Assembly (NCBI RefSeq): GCF_009914755.1
Contig: NC_060926.1
Reading direction: 5' to 3' (one strand)
Length of the DNA stretch: 64,000 bases
Origin: the human T2T-CHM13v2.0 reference genome, Homo sapiens
The translations under genes and the position numbers were made by a program. The notes under the pieces were generated by a model that had not been told where the DNA came from, made no database searches, and saw only the letters and a program-made list of their open reading frames with translations. Positions 45,743-57,797 of this stretch are shown piece by piece (within the stretch, counting starts at the first letter, position 1; every line of letters begins with the position of its first letter).

Positions 45743-46575
45743 TGTGACATTATGAGATACAGATACAGGTGGCTTTTGTTCATGGCTCCTGGCTCATAAC
45801 TGACATAGCCCTTCTTACAGTAAAAAGAATTTCTCTCTCTGATCTTCTCTTGCCCAAGGCAAAACTCTGAGTGTAGAACATAAAAGCCTCATTTCAGAAA
45901 GAAACCTGCCCCATATTTTGAAGGAAGGAATGCTGCACAGAGAGGCCAAGAAGAATCTGAACAGACAGGCTTCGCTGTATTTAGATCAAACACTTTTAGT
46001 CCACTCACTTTTGTACATGGTCATCAATCACGCCTATCCAATGAAATCTCCATAAAACGTCCAAAGGTTCATTCAGGGAGCTTCCAGACAGCTGAACATA
46101 TGGAGTTTCCTGAGAGCTGGCATACCCAGGGAGGGCATGCAAGGTCCATGCCTCTTCCTATACCTTGCCCTGTGCATCTCTTCATCTGTATCCTTTGTAA
46201 TATCCTTTATAATAAACTGGTAAACATGTTTCCCTGAGTTTCTGAGTCACTTAAGCAAATTAATCAAGCCCAAAGTGGGGGTCACGGAACTTGAAACCCA
46301 GCTTAAAGCTAGTTAGTCATAAGTTCCAGAGGCCATGACCTATGACTGGTGACTAAAGGGAGGGACAGTTTTGTGGAATGAGACCTCAACAAGGGGATCT
46401 GACACTATCTCTAAGTAAATAATGTCAGAATTGAATTACAGGATACCCAGTTGGCACCCACTACAGAACTGATTGCTTATTTGTTGGTGGGGAGAAATCC
46501 CAACACATTTTGGGGTCACAGAAGTCTTGTGTTGATATGACAGCAAAGGAAAAATGGTTTGAATTTTTCCTAACA
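45743..46575 (+). mobile_element. MER21-family solo LTR with 5-bp TSD GCCTA
   Basis: TG...CA termini; gccta at 45738-45742 and 46576-46580; MER21 core ataccttgccctgtgcatctcttcatctgtatcctttgtaa. Confidence 0.82.
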
Positions 46576-47467
46576 GCCTAATAACAGAGTTTCAAAATAC
46601 ATAAAGCAAAAACTTATGAAATCACAAGAAGACCGTGAAATTTAGAAAATCCTCAAATATTCTGAGACACGAATTGCAGAAGAAATTTAAGAAGAGCAAA
46701 TTAGAAAGTAATTTTTAACTGGAGGGAAATGAAAACACAACATATCAAAATTGTGAGACACAGTGAAAGCAATCCTTTAGGAATTCACAGTACTGACATC
46801 CTTTTATTAGAAAACAGAAAATGTCTCAATTCAGTGGTCTCAGCATCCATATTAAAGATTAGAAAAAGAACCCAGATGAACATATATGTAAAAATTCTCA
46901 ACAAAGTATCAGCAAACTGCAATAGCACATTAAAAAGATCATTCACCGTGATCAACTGGGATTCATTCCTGGGATGCAAGGATGATTCAACATATGCAAG
47001 TCAATAAATGTGACACACCATATTAATGAAATGAAGGACAAAACCCATATAATCATCTCAATGGATGCAAAAAAATCATTTGACAAACTTCATCCTTTAT
47101 TATAAAAACTCTCAACAAACTAGCTATAGAATGTACAAGTAATGTACCACAACATAATAAGGACCTTATATAACAAGCACACAGCTAACATCATACTCAA
47201 CAGTGAAAAGTTGACAGCTTTTTCTCTATAATCAGGAACAAGAGAAAAATGTTCACCCTCACCACTTCTATTCAATATAGTAATAAAAGTCCTAACCAAA
47301 GCAATCAGGCAAGAAAAAGAAATAAAGGCATCCAAAAAGGAAAGGAAGAAGTGAAATTGCCGTATTGTTGATGACATGATCTCATATAAAGAAAACCCTA
47401 AGGATTTCACAAAAAAAAAAACTGTTAGAACTGATCAACAAATTCAGTAAAATTGCATGATACAAAA

Positions 47468-47947
47468 TCAACATATGGGCATAAAAAGCCCAGGATGGGA
47501 GGAGCCAAGATGGCCGAATAGGAACAGCTCAGGTCTACAGCTCCCAGCTTGACCGACGCAGAAGACGGGTGATTTCTGCATTTCCATCTGAGGTACCGGG
47601 TTCATCTCACTAGGGGGTGCCAGACAGTGGGTGCAGGTCAGTGGGTGCAGCGCACTGTACGCGAGCCGAAGCAGGGCAAGGCATTGCCTCACGTGGGAAG
47701 CGCAAGGGGTCAGGGAGTTCCCTTTCCTAGTCAAAGAAAGGGGTGACAGACGGCACCTGGAAAATCGGGTCACTCCCACCAGAATACTGCACTTTTCCAA
47801 CGGGCTTAAAAAACGCTGCACCAGGAGATTATATCCCGCACATGGCTCAGAGGGTCCTACGCCCACGGAGTCTCTCTGATTGCTAGCACAGCAATCTGAG
47901 ACCAAACTGCAAGGCGGCAGCGAGGCTAGGCGAGGGGCGCCCGCCAT
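47468..47947 (-). other. L1 ORF0-like antisense ORF (159 aa), expression unknown
   Basis: MAGAPRLASLPPCSLVSDCCASNQRDSVGVGPSEP... within ORF 47468..48136; ATG in gcaATGg context. Confidence 0.7.
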
Positions 47948-47981
47948 TGCCCAGGCTTGCTTAGGTAAACAAAGCAGCCAG
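47497..47981 (+). mobile_element. L1PA (L1PA2-4-like) 5' UTR only, first ~485 nt
   Basis: gggaggagccaagatggccgaataggaacagctc start with YY1 site; CpG-rich; stops at gtaaacaaagcagcc. Confidence 0.93.
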
Positions 47982-48062
47982 GTGGTTGCAGCTAGCCAAG
48001 ATCGCGCCACTGGATTCCAGCCTGGGTGACAGAGTGAGACCCTGTCTCCAAGAAAAAGAAAA
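47982..48062 (+). mobile_element. Alu 3' terminal fragment
   Basis: ggttgcag..agccaagatcgcgccactg..tccagcctgggtgacagagtgagac + A-rich tail. Confidence 0.88.
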
Positions 48063-49285
48063 GGGAAAGCTCCATGACACTGGTCTGAGCAATGACTTCT
48101 TGGATAAGAACCCAAAAGCACAGGTAACAAAAGCAAAAGTACAAAAATGAGACTGCATCAAACATAAAAGCATCTATACAACAAAGGAAATAACTAGCAC
48201 AGTCAAGAGACGACCCACAAATTGGGAGAAAACATATGCAAACCAAACAGTTGATAAGGAACTAACATCTAAAATATATAAAGGAACACAAACAACTCAA
48301 CAGCAAGAAACAAATAACTCAGTTACAAAATGAACATAGAACCTAAATAGACATTTCTCAAAAGAGGACAAATGACCAACAGATATATGAAAAAATGTTC
48401 AATATCTTTAATCCTCAGGGAAATGTAAATTAAAAACACGATGAGCTCACACTTGTTAGAATGGCCATTATCAAAAAGATGAAAGACAAGTGTTGATGAG
48501 GACATAAGAAAAAAAAAAAGGAACCCTGGCCCGCTTTAGCGGGAATGTAAATTAGTACACCTATTTTGGAAAACAATATGAAGTTTCTTCAAAAAACTAA
48601 AAATAGAACTTTCCTATGATCTAGAAATCCCACTTCTGTATACCCAAAGTAATTAAAATCAGTAAGTCAAAGAGATATCTGCACTCCTATGTTCATTTCA
48701 GCAGTATTCACAGTAGCCAAGATATGTAATCAACCCAAGTATCTATGCAATGGATGAAGGGATGAACAAAATGTATATATAAATGATGGAATGCTATACA
48801 GCCTTAAAAAAAAAGGAAATTCTGTCATTTGGGACAACATGAGTAAACCTGGAAAGCATTATGACAAGTGAAGTAAGCCACGTCCAGAAAGACAAATACT
48901 GCAAGATCTCATTTATATGTGAAACCTAAAAATGTCAAACTTATAGAACCAGAGAGTACAATGGTAGTTACCAAAGGCACGAAATGGGGGGTGGGAGTTG
49001 AGGGGGGAAGGACAAGAGAGATGTTGGCCCAAAGGTAGAATGTTTTGGTTAGAGAGGAGACATAAATTTTAGTGGTCTATTGTACAGCACTGTGACCATA
49101 GTTAATAATAACATATATTTCAAAATTGCTAAAAGAGTAGATTTTAACATTGTCATAAAAAAATAGGTAAGGTGATGAATATGTTAATTAGCTTGATTTA
49201 ATCTCTCTACAATGTATTTATATTTCTAAACATCACACTAAATCCCATAAATATATATAATTTATCAATTAAAATTTTTAAAAAT
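48063..49285 (+). mobile_element. L1MA-type 3' portion
   Basis: Late ORF2 and 3' UTR motifs (gagatatctgcactcctatgttcatt, tgaggtgat-like end, atgttaattagcttgattt). Confidence 0.8.
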
Positions 49286-49367
49286 TAGAAAAAGATGAGA
49301 AAATTAAACCAAAGTTAGTAAAATAATAGAAATAAGATATAAGCAGAAATCAACAAAATAAGAAAAA

Positions 49368-49670
<303 letters not shown>

Positions 49671-50140
49671 CAACAGAGAAAAATAAATAAAACGAAATCT
49701 GATTCTTAGATAAGATCAATACAATTAATAAATCTTTGGCCAGACTAATCAAGAATAAAAGAGAGAAGAATGAATTACCAATATCAGGAATGAGAGAGGT
49801 GACATTATTACATATTCTAGATATCAAGAAGATAATTAGTGAATACTATAAATAATTTTATGCCAGTAAGTTCAAAAACTTAGGTAAGATGGACAAGTTC
49901 CTTGAGAGACTCAAAATACCAGACCTCATTCAAGAAGAAAAAAATAACCTGAATAGTTGTATATCTTTTTAGAAAAACTCTAGTCTCCAATGGCTTCACT
50001 GATGAATTCTAGCAAACATTTAAGAAATAAACATCAGTTCTACATATACTCTTCCAAAAACTGAAGAGAAGGAAAATCTTCCCAATTCATTATTGCAATC
50101 TAGCATTCTCCTAATATCAAGAACAGGTAAAGTTATCCGA

Positions 50141-50190
<50 letters not shown>

Positions 50191-51810
50191 ATCCAAAAAA
50201 CAAAAAACAATATTCCTCATAAACATAGGTGCAAAAATCCTTTTTAAAAACTTTCATCAAATTGAATCTAATATTATATGTAACGGATAATAGATAATGA
50301 CAAAGTGGTGTTTATCCCAAGAATGCAAGGTTGGTTACACACTTGAAAGTTAGTTATTTAATTCATTTTAATACATTAAAAAGGAAAATCCATACAATCA
50401 TATCGAGACACAGAAAAAGCTTTTTATAAAATTAACCACCCACTTCTGATTTTCAAAAAACTCTCAGCAGACAGATAGAAGAAGAGAACTTCCTTAAACT
50501 GATAAACAGCATCTATAACAAATCTACAGTTACATCTTACTTAATGGCAAAAGACTGAATGCTTTTCCCAAGATTATGAATAATGCAAAGATGACTGTTC
50601 TTACCACTTCTAGTCAACGTGATACTGGGAGGTTTTAGCCACAGTAATAATGCAACAAAAAGAAATAAAAGGCATCCAAATGGGAAACTAAGAAGTAAAC
50701 TGTCTTTACAAATGACATGAATATCATTCTAGAAAATCCTACAGAATCTACAAAAAAGCAAGTAGTACTAATAAGTAAATTTAGCAAGATTGTAGGATAT
50801 AAAGTCACTATACAAAATAACTTCTACTTTAATATACTAGCCATAAACAATTATAAAGTTTAAAAAATATTGTACTTGGCTGGGCACAGTGGCTCATGCC
50901 TGTAATCCCACTACTTTGGGAGGCTGAGATGGTTGCATCAATTGAGCCCAGGAGTTCGAGACCAGCCTACGCAGCATAATGATAACCCATCTCTAAAAAA
51001 AATGTAAAAATTAGCTGGGCATGGTGGTACACATCTGTGGTCCCAGATACTCAGGAGGCTGAGATGGGAGGACCACTTGAACCCAGGAAGTTAAGGCTTC
51101 AGTTGGCCATGAGGTGCCACTGCACTCCAGCCTGGGTGACAGGGTAAGACCCTGTTTGCTTGTTTCTTTCTTTCTTTCCTTTCTCTCTCTCTCTACATAT
51201 ATATACACATATATATATGTGTGTGTGTGTGTGTACATATACATAGTATCAAAATATAAAATAGGAAGACATTTGGCAAAAGACATTCAGACCTATACAC
51301 TGAAGACTAAACAACATGCTGACAAAATAATAATAAAACTTAAATAATCTGTTCATAAATCAGAAGGCTCAATATTGGTTAGATGCCAATTCTCCAAAAC
51401 TGATCTATAGATTCAATGCAATCCCAATTAAAATTCCTGCTTGCTTTCTTGTAGAAATTGGTAAAGTGATTCTAAAATTCGAATAACACAAATTACCTTG
51501 AAAACTAGAAACAAAGTTGGAGCACTTATACAAACCAATTTCAAGACATTATTAAGCTACAATAAAGACATTGTAAAAAAAATAATAATATAGTGTAAGA
51601 ATAGAAAAACAGATCAATCAAATAAAATAGAGTCCATAAATGGACATATACAGCTATGGTCAATTGATTTTTGACAAAAATGCAAAAGTAATTCAGTGAC
51701 AAAAAGGGATTGTCTTTTCAACAAATGGTGCTGGAACAATTGGATATCCATATGCAGAAAATGTGAATCTCCATCCATACCTTGCACCACACCCACACAC
51801 AATTTATTAA
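49671..51810 (+). mobile_element. Old L1M ORF2 fragment, containing (TAAA)n at ~50146-50192
   Basis: L1 ORF2 motifs to cttttcaacaaatggtgctggaacaattggatatcc. Confidence 0.78.
50878..51245 (+). mobile_element. AluJ followed by compound (TTTC)(TC)(TA)(TG) microsatellite
   Basis: Alu to ~51155, then simple repeats. Confidence 0.85.
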
Positions 51811-52574
51811 GGAACATATGGTAACTTCCATCACTTAGGATCTGGTTCTCAGCCCCGTCACAACACAATTCATAATCTAAATAATCCCATGAACAATGGC
51901 ATTCAAACCCCCAGGGAATCTCTTCTACCCATCAGGCCAGAAAGATTTATGGGTTTTGCCACTGCCAAAACATCAGAAATGGACACTTCCTTAGAATGTG
52001 GAAAGGATTTAAGTGACAAAGCACTTAGGTAAAAGACAAGAGAAATTAACTTTCCAAATCCTAAGTCTCAGCATGAATTCAATAGATTCTTACATGAAAA
52101 AAAAAAAATTACCTCCCAGCAGTGTTTGGTATTCATTTCCTTGCTCCTTTTATGTTCCAATTAATGGCTCCAGAAGTACTCACAAATTACTGCCAATTTC
52201 ACAATACTTGCTCATGATGGCTGAGGAGCATTTTGCAATATTAAACCATTCATATTACTCTTAAATTTGTATATATGTGGGTCTAGATGTAATATGCATG
52301 AAATGTAATTCTGATTCTTCATCTTGGCAACTAGATGGACACTGGATGCTAGAATCATCCAGGGGGTTTTGTCATGTTGTCCAGGCTGGTCTCAAACTCT
52401 TGGGCTAGGCCTTAGCCTCCCAAAGTGCTGGGATTATTGGCATGAGCCACTACACCCAGCATGTTTCAGATTTAAATTATTTTTACTTAGAATTTTGATA
52501 GTTCAATTATAGCTTGTATTTTACCTTTTATTTCAGTAAGTAATTTTGCACAGTTTAGAAAAACTACAATTTTT

Positions 52575-52928
<354 letters not shown>

Positions 52929-53876
52929 TCATGAAAGATAATTTTTAATTTTTTATATTAGCTAGAATCTTTAATGAAGATATATTCAAATTTCAGATAC
53001 CTGAGCACATTAAAAACTTTTTTAAAATGCTTTAGCTGTTTGAGGTGTAAAAATAAAGATATACTAGAGATAAAAAATGGCAAGGTAGAACTCAGGAAAA
53101 AAAAAATTAGAGAAAAAAGTAACAGAAAAATATCCCAAGTGGTGATCTGTTAAGTTTTTAATACTGGAAACAATGAAAGTAAAAAGACCTCTGTCAAACA
53201 TGACCCGAAATAGAATGTGAGAAAAATACATAATAAAAAATTAGCATAATTTTTTATCAAAATAAAAACAAGCAAGAAAATTATTTTTGTCAAATCTGCA
53301 ATGCGAACAAGTCAGATGAAGCTCTTACGACTTCATACTAAAGTGACAATGAAAACAATTGATCTAATGCACAACTCAGGATTAAAAACTTACACTCTGG
53401 CCTTTCTATTACAAAAAGAAAATCATGTTTTAGAATTGGTATATTTCATGTAAAAGAAAGAAACCTCCATGGCTTTACTCTGCTTATTGGACAATGATTG
53501 TAGGAAACAGCAGTCACGTGTTTCTCACAGCAAGAGAATGTATCTCAAACACAGTCTGACATGAACTAATGTTTACAACTTCCCATTGGATGAACATGCA
53601 AGAATATTTAACACTTCATTCTACACCAAAACTATTTCAAATGGAGAAATGTAGACGAAGAATTTTGTAACTATTGCTATGTTTTATAATCAATATTCAA
53701 AATTAGCATTGACCATGAAAATAAAATACCTGTGACTGGAGAGACCTAGGTTCTTGGTTAATAGAAAACATTACTTGCACACAAAAGACACGCATGCAAC
53801 TATTATACTAAAAGTTAAAAAAAAAAAGGCTGAATTAACAGCAAACCTGTGATAGTAATCAAGGTAAGTGAACACT

Positions 53877-54078
<202 letters not shown>

Positions 54079-54974
54079 AAACTTGTTTTGATCCTCTGAA
54101 AAGAATAAAATTATGTCTCATTATTTTAGCCAAGCAAGTTGAAGTTCTTCAGGGTACTAATTACGTAATATTTAAAAAAAAATAAAGACAAGGTATAGGT
54201 TTGGAGGAAATCATTTTGAAATGGTGCTAGAGTGGCAAGATATAGAAGTGAAACTTTTTTTTAGAAACTTTGGTTACCATGTAAGATGGAGAAATAAATG
54301 AGATAACGATTAAGTTAATAGGTAATAAAGTAATGAAATCATACATAAAATAAATGCATAAAATAAAAGTGAAAATTACTTCATTCAACTAGATTATAAC
54401 AGGAACAAAAGTTACATTAACAATATCCTTAATTTGTACTGATGAACTACTAGAAGAGGGAAACCAGGAATTGATGAATTCTTCACCTGCTGTAAAAAGT
54501 ACAAGTTTTGTCTTAAGCAAAAAACTACAGAAACTACTTTCAATGAAGGAATTGTTTTAAAAGACTGTCTAGAGTAAGCCTTTAATAAAGGTACTAATAT
54601 GGTTGGTAAATTAAAAAACATTAATGAGCCAGAATTGTGGTCAAATATTTAAAAGCATTATTTGTGCTATACAGGACCACAGTTTGAATTTGTTCCTAGG
54701 AGAAGCAGGCTCATGTCAAAAGTGAGTGATATTCAAAAAATGTTCATATATAATTTATAGACTATATATGGAGTGTCTTGGTGAAACACATACAAAATTT
54801 GATCTCACAGATACCCTGAGATACATAATGGAAACACTGACTAAATGTTCTTAGAATAAGTAGATTTGATCGGACAAGATATGAAATGCACTAGATGAGC
54901 TAAGCAAAACAACAGACAATCCTCAAATAAAGTGCATTGTGGTCTGTGGTCTTTGATATTAAGAATTGATTCTT

Positions 54975-55277
54975 GGCTAGGCACAGTGGCTCACGCCTGT
55001 AATCCCAGCACTTTGGGAGGCCAAGGTGGGCAGATCACCTGAGGTCAGGAGTTCGAGACCAGCCTGGCCAACATGGTGAAACTGTCTCTCTAATAAAAAT
55101 ACAAACATTAGCCAGGCGTGGTAGCAGGTGCCTATAATCCCAGCTACTCGGGAGACTGAAGCAGGGTAATCACTTGAGCCGGGGAGGCGGAGGTTATGGT
55201 GAGCCGAGCCCATGCCACAGCACTCCAGCCTGGGCAACAAAGCGAGACTCTGTATTAAAAAAAGAAAAAAAGAAAAA
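54975..55277 (+). mobile_element. AluSx-like with 14-bp TSD
   Basis: aagaattgattctt at 54961-54974 and 55278-55291. Confidence 0.93.
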
Positions 55278-56284
55278 AAGAATTGATTCTTAATACTAAA
55301 AATGATCTTTTTAATTTGCAAATCCAGTTTGGTATGAACTTTTGCTTACTATAATATTTTAAAACTCACCAAAAAATCCAAGCAGGTCTGTATTTGACTA
55401 CTGTATTTTTTTTAAAGGATTACAAACTTAAAAAACAACTTTAGAAGAAATAATTTTTCAAAGTCCAAAAGAAAACACATGAGAAATATGCAATACAGTG
55501 ACATTCCAATAAGATATGAGAAAATTAGAAAAAGAAAACAAAAACATTTGTATGAATATGAAGGAAAGGATTCACATACAAATAAGCCCCCGAATAATTT
55601 GTATAGTCTATTTTTTGACAATTATAGATCAAGGTACTGTCTTGATTGAAGGAGCTTTGAAAAAATTGTGGAATAAATTCTGCCTTCAGTTTTTATAATA
55701 TCTAAGCATTGAAAAGTGTGAAAAAAGAACTTACTGTAGGGATCTAGATATTGCTTTAAATTGATGGTGATAAGCATTTTTTGATGAAGTCAAAATATTT
55801 TGTTGTATTTCAGCAGTAATAATTTGTCATGCAACCACATTACAATGTTTGTATTTACATGTAAAATTTTTGTTTCATTTCCTAATCAAAGTAATGCTTT
55901 AAGTATTTTATTGACAATTTCAGCAGCTACTGCCTCTGCAGAAAGAAGTTTTTCCAATTAAAATTAATTTTTAAAATAACCACAAAGACTAAGGAAAGGA
56001 TGTCTAATTTGACATTACAGTCAATCAACAAAAATTTTGTGAAAAATTCAATTAAAATAATTTTTAATTTTATTTAAAATATAGACAAATAAAATTTTCA
56101 CTGAAACATTATCATTCCATAAACAGAATAGACAGATATTCCCAATAAAAATAAAATTCAGTTATCTCCGATGTTTCATCAGCTTTAGCCATATATAAAA
56201 CCACAGCTTTTAAATATCTTTCAATTTTGTAGTTATATAGCTTTGTCATGGTAGGATAAAGTCAACAGTTTCTTAATTTATGGC

Positions 56285-56557
56285 TTTAAATATATTTATA
56301 TATTTAATATATAATTTATATAATATATAATATATATTATATAAATATAATATAAATATATATTATATATAATATATATAATATATAATATATATAATAT
56401 ATTATATATATTTATATTATATAAATATAATATAAATACATATATTATATATAATATATTTATATTATATATAATATAAATATATGTATTATATATAAAT
56501 ATATAATATATATAATATAAATATATATTTTTATATATATATTTATTTATATATATA
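56285..56557. repeat. AT-only low-complexity tract
   Basis: ~270 bp nearly pure A/T with recurring tatataatata units. Confidence 0.95.
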
Positions 56558-56852
<295 letters not shown>

Positions 56853-56959
56853 GAATATATATTTTTTTATATATAGTATGATATATATGTACTCCATCAA
56901 TACTCTTGCCCTAGACTCCACATATTTTAGGGCAAGCCTTTATACTAGAGAAGATAAAT

Positions 56960-57555
56960 ACAGTCAAAAGACAGTTGTTTAAAAAGACTAATAAAATTGA
57001 TAAATCTTGATGAGAGTGTTCAAATAAAAAAGAAAGCTCAAATATCCATATTATGAATAAAAACAGGGGCATCACTATAGACCCAACAGACATTGATATC
57101 TCATGATATGTCATAATTATATCTTATAAGAGATATTCCGAATAACTTAAAACAAATAAATTTTAAAATTTGGATGAAATAGACAAATTTCTTGAAAAAT
57201 AAAATTCACCAAAACTGCCAAAAGAAATAGCAAATCTAAACAGTATTATAATTTTAAAAAATTTAATATATAAACCTTCCCACAAAGAAATTCTTGGCCC
57301 AGATGCTTATAAGTAAACTTTACCCAAGATTTCATGAAGATATTTTGTCAGTCTTCCATAAACTTAGGTTTAATTAAGGTATTTTGTCAGTCTTACATAA
57401 ACTTTCCATAAAACCAAAAGAGACGGCAAGCTTCAAAACTGATTTTATAAGACTGGTATTATCTTGATATCAAAACCTGACTAGTATATTTTAAGGAAGT
57501 AAAATTACAGACCAATCTTACTCAAGAACATAAATGAGAATTTCCTATACAAAGG
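56960..57555 (+). mobile_element. Old L1M ORF2 fragment
   Basis: ggcatcactatagacccaacagacatt, aaccttcccacaaagaaa, aattacagaccaatct. Confidence 0.72.
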
Positions 57556-57797
57556 AACGAATGAATGTGTACATTAATGAATGCATGGGTTTATTTCCTG
57601 GTTTTTCATAGACCTACAACAGAAATCCACTCAGCCTGACAAAGTAAGGATTTTAATACCAGTCTTGGCACATACCCTCAAGAACCCCTGGATGCTAAAA
57701 TGGCTCAAAGAGCTAACAAAGTCTGGACAAACCAACATGCCTGGTTTAATTAGTCTGTAGGAAGTCCAGATATCGGTATTTCTTAAAAGCCTTCCAG

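Larger units (their letters stand above)
43250..47475 (+). mobile_element. Decayed old L1 block (5' region, ORF1, ORF2 pieces)
   Basis: ggaaataatggccaaaacttt, aaagaaaatcttaaaa, gggattcattcctgggatgcaaggatgattcaacata; no intact ORF. Confidence 0.75.
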
